Shown here one piece after another: positions 1-6,862 of a stretch of 9,568 nucleotides of DNA. The stretch's first letter is position 1, and every line of letters starts with the position of its first letter. The notes under the pieces are model-generated. The model saw only the letters and a program-made list of their open reading frames with translations, did no database searches and was not told the DNA's origin. The stretch comes from an uncultured archaeon (GTDB lineage: Archaea > Iainarchaeota > Iainarchaeia > Iainarchaeales > 0-14-0-20-30-16). Position numbers and translations under genes: made by a program. Where the stretch lies: the NCBI GenBank assembly GCA_964565725.1, contig CAZMGA010000017.1:3948-13515 (forward strand), given 5' to 3'.

Positions 1-69
1 AGTTGGAACAGAGAACCATTAGATATTTATGTGTTTACTGCTGAAACTTTTGCTGAAGATTTAGAATAG
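1..69 (+). CDS. 3' end of a protein-coding gene (partial, product unknown); C-terminus ...SWNREPLDIYVFTAETFAEDLE*
   Basis: Open frame 1 from the window edge to TAG at 67-69 with a non-repetitive peptide; convergent with the next - strand gene. Confidence 0.6.
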   Translation, partial: SWNREPLDIYVFTAETFAEDLE

Positions 70-78
70 TAAATTTAT

Positions 79-600
79 TTACTTTTTTATTTCTTTTTTT
101 TCTTTTTTGTAAAACTTTCTAAAAACCAAATATAATACCAAAACTAATAAAATTGATACTAATATATCACTTATGTAATGTTGTGCTAATACAAGTCTAG
201 AAAAAATAATTAATATTGTTAATATTATAGATGAAATTCTTACAGATTTGTTTTCAGTCAAATAAAATATAAATATTGTTGTAAGTATTGCTGAATAAGT
301 GTGCATACTATAAAAAGAACTGTCTGTTAAATTTTTTTTAATATTTAAATTTAATATAGTATATGGTCTTGTTCTAATATAAAACCAAGAAATTATTTCC
401 TTTAAAATATATCCAAAACCAAATAAGCTTAAATACCATATAAGCAATGTTTTCTTTTTAACTATTAAAGCCCCAAATATAAAAAAGCTAATTAGTAATA
501 CTATTCCTGCAGTAGTAATTATTGTCCAAAACCAATTCAAAAAAAAGCCTTGACCAAATATTTTGTATATTGTTTCCGTTATTAGTAATTCATTAATCAT
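79..600 (-). CDS. PAP2-superfamily-like integral membrane phosphatase, divergent
   Basis: Multiple hydrophobic segments; RTRPY (motif 1 end), SFYSMHT (PSGH-like motif 2), SRLVLAQHYISD matching SRxxxxxHxxxD (motif 3). ATG at 600-598. Confidence 0.75.
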   Translation of the reverse strand: MINELLITETIYKIFGQGFFLNWFWTIITTAGIVLLISFFIFGALIVKKKTLLIWYLSLFGFGYILKEIISWFYIRTRPYTILNLNIKKNLTDSSFYSMHTYSAILTTIFIFYLTENKSVRISSIILTILIIFSRLVLAQHYISDILVSILLVLVLYLVFRKFYKKEKKEIKK

Positions 601-656
601 AAATTAATATTAATCATAAAACATATAAATCTATTTTTTATATATATATAGATAAT

Positions 657-1751
657 ATGTCTGATGAAATTGTAGTAGAAAGTATAAAAAAAATGTTAAA
701 TTTAAATATGTCTGATGAGGATATAATCGCTAGTTTGGTAGATGCTGGTTTAGAATATGATTATGCTATTGAAATGTTAGATGAAGTTAGAAATGAAGAT
801 ACTGTTGAAAAAGTTATTGAAAAAAACACAAAACCTAAAAAAAATTTAGATAATATTGAAACTAATGATGTTTGGGAAGAAGGGACATTAGCGTTAATTA
901 ATCAAAAATTAGAAGATCTAACAAAAAAAGAAAAAAAATTAGATGAAGATATAAATAATAAAATTAATGCAATTACTAGCAAAGAAATAAATAAAATGAA
1001 AGCAATTATAGATTCGCAAAGATCTTTATTAGTCACAAAAATGGATATGGCTATGGCTAATAAATTAAAAGAAATTAAAGAACAAGTTGATAGTACATTA
1101 AAAACTTTACAAGATATAAATAAAAATACTGAAAGAAAATTAGTTGATTTTGATAATTTGGCTAATAATTTAAAAGATTTAAAAGAAAATATTACTACTC
1201 AAATACAAGTTGTTGAAAATATAAGATTAAGTGCTGAAACTATTTTGAATAATATAAAAAATAAAGCGAATGATGAAATAGATGATTTTTTTAAAGTTTT
1301 TGAAGCAAAAGCAAAAGATATTACAAATAAAACAAATAATACTTTGAATTTATCTTCTAAGATTATGGATAGTTTAGTTAATGCTACTCAAAATAAATTA
1401 AATGATTATTGTGAAAAGAAAATAGATAATTTTTCTTTAGAATTACAACAAAAATTAAATATTGATGATATTAAATCAGTATTATTAAAAATAAATGAGT
1501 TAAATAATATAGATACAAAAATAAACTCTATTGTAGATGAAAAAATATCTTTGGCAATGAATAATGTAGATTCTAAAAAATATGATGATTCTATTTATGA
1601 TTTAAATAAAAGATTTATGAATTTAGAAAAAGATTTAAACAGACTTATGAAAACTAATTCTATTGATGATATTAATTTAAAGATAGATGAATTAATGAAA
1701 TTTAAAGATGAATTTAATAATTCTAATTTAAATAATAAAAATAAAAAGTGA
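657..1751 (+). CDS. Long coiled-coil protein with a short N-terminal UBA/CUE-like helical segment; function unknown
   Basis: 364-aa ORF; N-terminus SIKKMLNLNMSDEDIIASLVDAGLEYDYAIEMLDEV resembles a small three-helix bundle; the remainder is heptad-like, rich in K/E/D/N/L, with no membrane segment. Confidence 0.7.
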   Translation: MSDEIVVESIKKMLNLNMSDEDIIASLVDAGLEYDYAIEMLDEVRNEDTVEKVIEKNTKPKKNLDNIETNDVWEEGTLALINQKLEDLTKKEKKLDEDINNKINAITSKEINKMKAIIDSQRSLLVTKMDMAMANKLKEIKEQVDSTLKTLQDINKNTERKLVDFDNLANNLKDLKENITTQIQVVENIRLSAETILNNIKNKANDEIDDFFKVFEAKAKDITNKTNNTLNLSSKIMDSLVNATQNKLNDYCEKKIDNFSLELQQKLNIDDIKSVLLKINELNNIDTKINSIVDEKISLAMNNVDSKKYDDSIYDLNKRFMNLEKDLNRLMKTNSIDDINLKIDELMKFKDEFNNSNLNNKNKK

Positions 1752-1755
1752 TTTT

Positions 1756-2451
1756 ATGAGAACTTTAATTTGTCCATCTTGTGGTCTAGAAAGAGATTAT
1801 TCTGAATTTATTGAAGGTGTTTGTAAGAGTTGTTATTACAAAGATAAAAGTAAATTTGAAATTAGAGTAAAAGATATTTTAATTTGTAAAAGTTGTGGCA
1901 GAATGAAAGTTGAAAATTTTTGGAAGCCATTTTCTGAAGACTCTTTAATTGATTATTTTAAAGATAATATAAAATCAAATTATAATTTTGAATTAATTGA
2001 TTTAAATTTAACATTTTATAGAAAAAAGTTCAAAGTACTTGTTAAATATAGTATAGATAGTATTGTTTCTGAAGATACTGTTTCTTTTACTCCTAAATAT
2101 CAATATTGTGTTGATTGTTATAAAAAAATAAGTGATTTTTTTGATAGTTTAATTCAAATAAGAGGTTTTCAAAATATTAAAGATATTAATAAAAAAATGA
2201 TTAAATGTTTGGATGAAGCTAAAAAAAATGAATTAAAAAAAGGAAATTTTACTGCTTTTTTACAAAAAATGGAAGATGTAAATGGTGGTTTAGATTTGTA
2301 TTTAGGTTCAAAAACATTAGCTCAAGCTCTTTTGAGAGAAATAAAAGATAGATATAATGTGGAAATTAAAACAAGTTATAAAATTGTAGGTATTTTACAA
2401 GGTGGAAAAAATAAAGTTAGAACTACTTTTTTAGTAAGGTTAAAAGAATAA
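1756..2451 (+). CDS. NMD3-family protein (ribosomal export/NMD3-like), short archaeal form
   Basis: CPSCG...CKSC and CKSCG...YCVDC zinc-binding pairs, the DSLIQIRG segment, and the C-terminal GGLDLYLGSKTLAQALLREIKDRY...TTFLVRL, all typical of archaeal NMD3. Starts 4 nt after the previous stop, preceded by an AAGTGAT SD-like sequence. Confidence 0.85.
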   Translation: MRTLICPSCGLERDYSEFIEGVCKSCYYKDKSKFEIRVKDILICKSCGRMKVENFWKPFSEDSLIDYFKDNIKSNYNFELIDLNLTFYRKKFKVLVKYSIDSIVSEDTVSFTPKYQYCVDCYKKISDFFDSLIQIRGFQNIKDINKKMIKCLDEAKKNELKKGNFTAFLQKMEDVNGGLDLYLGSKTLAQALLREIKDRYNVEIKTSYKIVGILQGGKNKVRTTFLVRLKE

Positions 2452-2460
2452 TTATTCTTT
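2443..2460. repeat. Perfect 18-bp palindrome AAAGAATAATTATTCTTT spanning the abutting stop codons of two convergent genes
   Basis: AAAGAATAA|TTATTCTTT, centred between 2451 and 2452; directly readable. Confidence 0.95.
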
Positions 2461-3159
2461 AATATTTTTTTCTATTGTCATTTTTATTTCTTCTTTGTTT
2501 TTTAAAGTTATAAATAAAGGTATATTTAAATCTAATTCTTTTACTTGTGTTTCATCTAATGTTGTGTTTAATAATAATAACGCAGGATATAAATTTGTGT
2601 TTTGTTTTAATAATTGTATAAATAATTTTATTATTTGTAAATTATCTACGTTATATATGAATAAAATTCTCTTGTTAGTTTTACCATATATTTTTGGAAT
2701 CTCTTCTTGACTTATGTCTGTTAAATTAGTGAAGTTAATATACGTGATACCATAAATTATATTTGCATCTTTTAAATTTATAGGTATTATGTCTTTATTA
2801 ATATCTAAGTTTTTTAATTTTAAACCTTTTTTAAATTCTTTTAGTTCAAATATTAATTCTTCTTTTACTTTAATTAGTTTTTTAGTTATTTGAAAATTTC
2901 TTTTAGAATCAATTTCTATTAAAGTATTAATAAATCTTTTAATAAAATTTATAGATGGATTATTTCTTTTATTATTTTGATATTCTGATATTGTAGAAGA
3001 AGTAATTTGCATATGTCTTGCTAAACTTAATTGGGTTATTTCAAAAATGTTTTGCCATTTTTTAAATGTGTTGCCAGGATTATCTGAAAAACAAATTTCT
3101 CCAGCTATTTCTTGTTTTAATGAGTTTATTTCTTCCGAATTATCATTTAATTTTTTCAT
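2452..3159 (-). CDS. Archaeal XRE/Cro-type helix-turn-helix transcriptional regulator with C-terminal domain (COG1709-like)
   Basis: EIAGEICFSDNPGNTFKKWQNIFEITQLSLARHMQITSSTISEYQNNKRNNPSINFIKRFI is a canonical HTH_3 region; AAAAAGGAT SD overlapping the upstream gene's stop. Confidence 0.85.
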   Translation of the reverse strand: MKKLNDNSEEINSLKQEIAGEICFSDNPGNTFKKWQNIFEITQLSLARHMQITSSTISEYQNNKRNNPSINFIKRFINTLIEIDSKRNFQITKKLIKVKEELIFELKEFKKGLKLKNLDINKDIIPINLKDANIIYGITYINFTNLTDISQEEIPKIYGKTNKRILFIYNVDNLQIIKLFIQLLKQNTNLYPALLLLNTTLDETQVKELDLNIPLFITLKNKEEIKMTIEKNIKE

Positions 3160-3161
3160 TT

Positions 3162-3611
3162 TTATCCTTTTTCAAAAATATTGCTTTTTAATGTTGAAAT
3201 TAATTTTTTACTTATAATTGTATCTTCAGCGATTTTATTTATTTCATCATCATTATAATCTATTTTAAATCCACCCAATTGATTTTGTTCTACTTTTATG
3301 TTATTTTTATATTTTTGGGTTAAAGTATTTTGTAAATCTTTTTGTTTTGCTATTTTATTTAATTCTTGGTTTAAGAAAGACTTTAAGTTTTCTAATTCTA
3401 ATATATGACTTTTTAAAAATTCATAAACATTTTGTTGTTCATTTGCATTTAATGCAATAGGTATTGATTCTTGGGTTATTGCTTTAGTATTATTTTTAAT
3501 ATCTATTAACTTTTGTTCTAATACTGTTTGTTTAACTTTAAATTTTGAAATTTCGTTATCTATTTTAGATAATAAAAATTTATATCTTTCTTCCTTTTCG
3601 TTTATGTCCAT
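3162..3611 (-). CDS. Small coiled-coil protein of unknown function (prefoldin-like helical hairpin possible)
   Basis: 149-aa ORF, two charged helical stretches, packed between operon neighbours (2 nt and 4 nt gaps). Confidence 0.7.
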   Translation of the reverse strand: MDINEKEERYKFLLSKIDNEISKFKVKQTVLEQKLIDIKNNTKAITQESIPIALNANEQQNVYEFLKSHILELENLKSFLNQELNKIAKQKDLQNTLTQKYKNNIKVEQNQLGGFKIDYNDDEINKIAEDTIISKKLISTLKSNIFEKG

Positions 3612-3615
3612 TTAA

Positions 3616-4188
3616 TCACTTTCTATTTTTTATTTCCCAAAATATTCTTTTTTCAATTACATCTTCATTTGTTTTTAAAGTTATATTTAAGGCATATTTT
3701 CCTGAAACTACATTACCTATAGTTCCTAATTCATAATTAAAGTTTCTTGTTTCGTCAGGTCCAATTACTTGAATTATTTTTTCTTCTTCTGGAATTATAG
3801 CTATTTGATTTTCATCAGTTGTTTTAATGCTCAATTTTATATTTTTTAAATCATAGTCAGTTATATTTGTAACACTCACTTTTAAATTGGTTGAACTATA
3901 ACCATCAATTAAAATTGAGGGATTTGGATCTAAATCTACTTTTAAATAATTTGGTTTTGCAAATAATACAATTATTAAAACTAATATTGCAATTAAAATT
4001 ATGCCTAAACCTACAAATATGATTTTTGAAAGAATTGGTGATTTTAAATCAATTTGTGGCATTTTTGTTTTTTTATTACTGTTATTTACCTTTTTAACTA
4101 CTTTTTTCATTACTTCTTTTGTTTCTGGATCTGCATATTCATCTTCTGTTTCTTTGCTTTCTGTAAAATCATCTTCATATAATCCCAT
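3616..4188 (-). CDS. Membrane-anchored protein: charged cytoplasmic N-terminus, one transmembrane segment, extracellular Ig-like/CARDB-type domain
   Basis: TM segment IIFVGLGIILIAILVLIIVLFA followed by a beta-rich ectodomain (LKVSVTNITDYDLKNIKLSIKTTD...); SD AAGGTGAG 5 nt upstream of the ATG. Confidence 0.75.
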   Translation of the reverse strand: MGLYEDDFTESKETEDEYADPETKEVMKKVVKKVNNSNKKTKMPQIDLKSPILSKIIFVGLGIILIAILVLIIVLFAKPNYLKVDLDPNPSILIDGYSSTNLKVSVTNITDYDLKNIKLSIKTTDENQIAIIPEEEKIIQVIGPDETRNFNYELGTIGNVVSGKYALNITLKTNEDVIEKRIFWEIKNRK

Positions 4189-4284
4189 ATTCTCACCTTA
4201 ATCTATAGATATAAATGCTATTTATTTATATTTATTATGTTTTTATATCTATTAATAATCTATTTTAAAATATTTTTAAGAGCC

Positions 4285-4316
4285 TTTATTGAATCATTTT
4301 TAAATATTTATTGAAT
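4285..4316. repeat. Two direct copies of TTTATTGAAT (4285-4294 and 4307-4316), 22 bp apart start to start
   Basis: Directly readable, in the divergent intergenic region upstream of the TrmB-family gene. Confidence 0.8.
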
Positions 4317-4361
4317 TTTTAACTCAAAGAATATAAAGGTTTCGTATATTATATATATAAG

Positions 4362-4366
4362 GTGGC
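4362..4366 (+). promoter_or_regulatory. Shine-Dalgarno-like GGTGG for the TrmB-family gene
   Basis: TAAGGTGGCAGTATG immediately upstream of the ATG at 4370. Confidence 0.6.
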
Positions 4367-4369
4367 AGT

Positions 4370-5080
4370 ATGGATGTAGAAAAAGCAATAAATCGTTTTA
4401 AACAATTAGGGTTAACAGATTATCAATCTCGTGTTTTATATGCTCTATTAAAGAAAAAATCTTGTAAAATTTCAGATATTGCAAGTCATTCAAATGTGCC
4501 TAATACAAGAGTTTATGATGTAGTAAATCAATTAATTGATATGAAATTTGTAATAAAAATATCTAATAAACCAAAAACTTATAGAATCAGAAATGTAGAA
4601 CAAGTTTTAGATACTTTATTAGATGATAAGACAAAAGAATTAACAGAAATCAAAGATGACATATCAATGATGAAAGATTTTTTTAAATTTGATGATAATT
4701 ATATTGAAGAAAATAAATTAGTGTGTGTTAATCAAGATAGAGATTTAGTTAATTTACTTGTAGAAGAATTAAATAAAGCAAAATCTGAAATTGTGGGTTT
4801 TGGTTATAAAGAATTAGAAGATAAAAAATTACAAGATGCTTTAAAAAGTATGAATAATAAAGTAAATGTAAAAGTTATTGCACATCCTGATAGTAATATT
4901 AATTTAGATTTTGTAAAATCAAAACATCATGATATGTGTGCATATGTAATAGATGATAATAAATTAATTTTAGGTTTAGGAGAAACTGCAAAAACTTATA
5001 ATTTAGGTATGTTGCATAATCAAAAATCATTAAAAACTATGGTTAAAACTCATTTTGATACTTTATGGAATAATCCATAA
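4370..5080 (+). CDS. TrmB-family transcriptional regulator (sugar-sensing type)
   Basis: N-terminal wHTH AINRFKQLGLTDYQSRVLYALLKKKSCKISDIASHSNVPNTRVYDVVNQLIDMKFVIKISNKPKTYRI is the TrmB signature, followed by a coiled coil and a PLD-like C-terminal domain (IVGFGYKELEDKKL...VKVIAHPD). Confidence 0.9.
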   Translation: MDVEKAINRFKQLGLTDYQSRVLYALLKKKSCKISDIASHSNVPNTRVYDVVNQLIDMKFVIKISNKPKTYRIRNVEQVLDTLLDDKTKELTEIKDDISMMKDFFKFDDNYIEENKLVCVNQDRDLVNLLVEELNKAKSEIVGFGYKELEDKKLQDALKSMNNKVNVKVIAHPDSNINLDFVKSKHHDMCAYVIDDNKLILGLGETAKTYNLGMLHNQKSLKTMVKTHFDTLWNNP

Positions 5081-5105
5081 ATAAAAAATTATTAAAAAAT
5101 CAAAT

Positions 5106-5125
5106 AAAAGTATTTATATACTTTT
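5106..5125. terminator. AT-rich hairpin AAAAGTAT-TTAT-ATACTTTT; candidate bidirectional terminator, also overlapping a TATA box
   Basis: 8-bp perfect stem with 4-nt loop, 26 nt after the TrmB stop, followed on + by CTTATTTATTTTTTT and on - by ATTTGATTTTTT. Confidence 0.45.
5113..5120 (+). promoter_or_regulatory. Archaeal TATA box TTTATATA with A-rich BRE-like upstream flank (AAAGTA)
   Basis: Match to the archaeal TATA consensus, centred about 26-27 bp upstream of G5143, the first base of the structured RNA candidate. Confidence 0.5.
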
Positions 5126-5142
5126 CTTATTTATTTTTTTAT

Positions 5143-5268
5143 GTAAGTCAGTATAATTATAGTGACAATTTGCATAATTTGAGTTTTTAAATTATGTTGG
5201 GGTAGTTTTTATCTATGATTATATAAAAGCATATAAATTGGTAACCTCAGATATGCTTTTTGACTTAC
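5143..5268 (+). ncRNA. Candidate structured noncoding RNA: three-way junction with possible pseudoknot, no recognised family
   Basis: P1 5143-5150/5261-5268 (8 bp); P2 5152-5162/5213-5223 (11 bp, one U.G); P3 5173-5180/5189-5196 (8 bp, 8-nt loop); P4 5225-5234/5251-5260 (10 bp, 16-nt loop). The junction has only 1, 1 and 0 unpaired nt. Confidence 0.45.
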
Positions 5269-5819
5269 TTCTTAATAAAAAAAGAACAAATTAATGTATT
5301 TATATCATTAATATAATATTTCTCATTATTTGTAATATATTTTGTAATTATTAAATAACCTTTATTATTTTCTATAAAACCATATAAATTTTGAGTATAT
5401 TCTAAATTATTGTATTTAAATTTAATTTTAAAATTATCATATTCTCTATTATTTATAGTGATTTTTTTATCGTGTATTATTTCATAATTGGTAATTTTTT
5501 TTAAAGTATCTATTAGTAAACTTTTAGAACTTTTATTGTAATCTCCAATCCAAATTGATATAAATTCTGATGGATTATTTTCATTAAAAATTAATGTTAA
5601 ATCGTTATTTACATTTTCTAATTTACCTAATTTCCAACTTTTATTTACTATTATTGAAAAATTATCTAAATTATAAATTCCATAATTACTTGTATTGCTA
5701 ATACATTGATTAGGTTTTATATCTTCTAATTTTAAATTATCAGTAGTATAATAATTATAAGTGTATAATATTACAAATATACATCCCAAAATTAGAAAAA
5801 TCCATGCTTTATAATTCAT
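5265..5819 (-). CDS. Secreted/membrane-anchored small protein, PsbP-like fold suspected
   Basis: N-terminal hydrophobic segment AWIFLILGCIFVILYTY, then a beta-rich domain (FSIIVNKSWKLGKLEN...LTLIF...ISIWIGDY); last gene of the - strand glycosylation cluster. Confidence 0.65.
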   Translation of the reverse strand: MNYKAWIFLILGCIFVILYTYNYYTTDNLKLEDIKPNQCISNTSNYGIYNLDNFSIIVNKSWKLGKLENVNNDLTLIFNENNPSEFISIWIGDYNKSSKSLLIDTLKKITNYEIIHDKKITINNREYDNFKIKFKYNNLEYTQNLYGFIENNKGYLIITKYITNNEKYYINDINTLICSFFIKK

Positions 5820-5848
5820 AATTAAAAAACACGCAAAAATATTTAAAC

Positions 5849-6856
5849 CTATATTATAAAAAATAGTAAAACTATTCCATCAATAACAAACTGTATTGTA
5901 AAAAATATTGCTACCATTTTCTTTTCTGTACAAGGATAAAAGATATGTTCAAATAAGAAATATAGCTTATGCCATTGAATATGTTTCTTGTTTTTATCAA
6001 AATACAAAGGAGTTAAAATATTATTTTTATCTACTGTAGAAATATGAGTATCTTTTCTTTTTGTTATTGGATAATATATAAAAGTATATATTACAAACAA
6101 AGCAAAATTAACTAAATAAAGTATACATAAATATATAGTTAATAATTCACAATTTCCTATTATTCCTGCGCAAGCTATTATTGCTCCAATCATTAAAGTT
6201 CCTGAATCTCCAATAAATATTTTTGAAGGATATTTGTTATAATAATAAAATGCAATTAATGCAGAAATAAATGGTACTAATAAAATAACTATTATATAAT
6301 TTTTAGTAATTATAGATATTAAAATAAAATAAAATAATGTGATAATTCCTAAACCTGCTTCTAACCCATTATAACCTGCTAAAAAGTTTGTAGCGTTAGC
6401 ATATATTGTAACAAACAAAGGTACAAAAACTAATGAATAAAATATCCATAAATTAACTTTGCCTATGAAAGGAATAGTTATGCTAGTGTCTCCTAATCTT
6501 GTTATAACTAATGGTATTGATGCTATTATTAACAAAATTATTTTTTGTAAAGGTTTTAATTCAAATAAATCATCAAAAATTCCTATTATGCATGTTAAAG
6601 TAACCACTAAAATAGCTGTAATTAAATAATAGTTATAAGGAGGCATTAAAAAAGGATATAAAAATCCAGATCCAAAAATAAAACCTAATAATATTACAAA
6701 TCCTCCTATGTTTGCAACTTTAGGTTTATTTAATTTATGAACATCAAATCCAAAAATATTGTGTTTTAATGCTAATTTAATATAATAACGAGAGAAAATA
6801 AAAGTAATTATAAATGATAAAATACATGAAATTATTAATAGGTACAAAGGCAACAT
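5849..6856 (-). CDS. Glycosyl transferase family 4: UDP-GlcNAc:polyprenyl-phosphate GlcNAc-1-P transferase-like (AglH/ALG7/GPT type)
   Basis: Multi-TM protein with DVHKLNKPKVANIGG, IGIFDDLFELKPLQK, NATNFLAGYNGLEAG, and KIFIGDSGTLMIGAI motifs. Confidence 0.9.
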   Translation of the reverse strand: MLPLYLLIISCILSFIITFIFSRYYIKLALKHNIFGFDVHKLNKPKVANIGGFVILLGFIFGSGFLYPFLMPPYNYYLITAILVVTLTCIIGIFDDLFELKPLQKIILLIIASIPLVITRLGDTSITIPFIGKVNLWIFYSLVFVPLFVTIYANATNFLAGYNGLEAGLGIITLFYFILISIITKNYIIVILLVPFISALIAFYYYNKYPSKIFIGDSGTLMIGAIIACAGIIGNCELLTIYLCILYLVNFALFVIYTFIYYPITKRKDTHISTVDKNNILTPLYFDKNKKHIQWHKLYFLFEHIFYPCTEKKMVAIFFTIQFVIDGIVLLFFII

Positions 6857-6862
6857 ATTATT

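Noticed and set aside
593-620. Direct repeat TTAATCATAAA (593-603 and 610-620) and palindrome ATTAATATTAAT (603-614) upstream of the PAP2-like gene
   Set aside because: Very low complexity in a 56-bp AT-rich divergent promoter region; easily explained by chance or a small duplication, with no link to a regulator.
2495-2710. 71-aa + strand ORF in the track
   Set aside because: Lies entirely antisense within the well-supported HTH regulator gene (2452-3159, -); composition looks like reverse-strand noise.
4001-4201. 66-aa + strand ORF in the track
   Set aside because: Antisense to the TM/N-terminal region of the 3616-4188 gene; its Ser/Phe-rich sequence is the complement of Lys/Glu codons.
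4201-4210. 10-bp palindrome ATCTATAGAT upstream of the 3616-4188 gene
   Set aside because: Short and AT-rich; may be an operator, but nothing beyond its position supports it.
5143-5268. Candidate RNA being 5S rRNA (similar length and three-way junction topology)
   Set aside because: Lacks the conserved loop C (CCGAAC-like) and loop E sequences, and the helices are far too AT-rich for an archaeal rRNA.
5143-5268. Candidate RNA being a tRNA, SRP RNA, RNase P RNA or C/D box guide
   Set aside because: No T-loop GTTCGAAT or cloverleaf, no SRP helix 8 or GNAR motif, too short and without conserved regions for RNase P, and no CUGA box D on the + strand.
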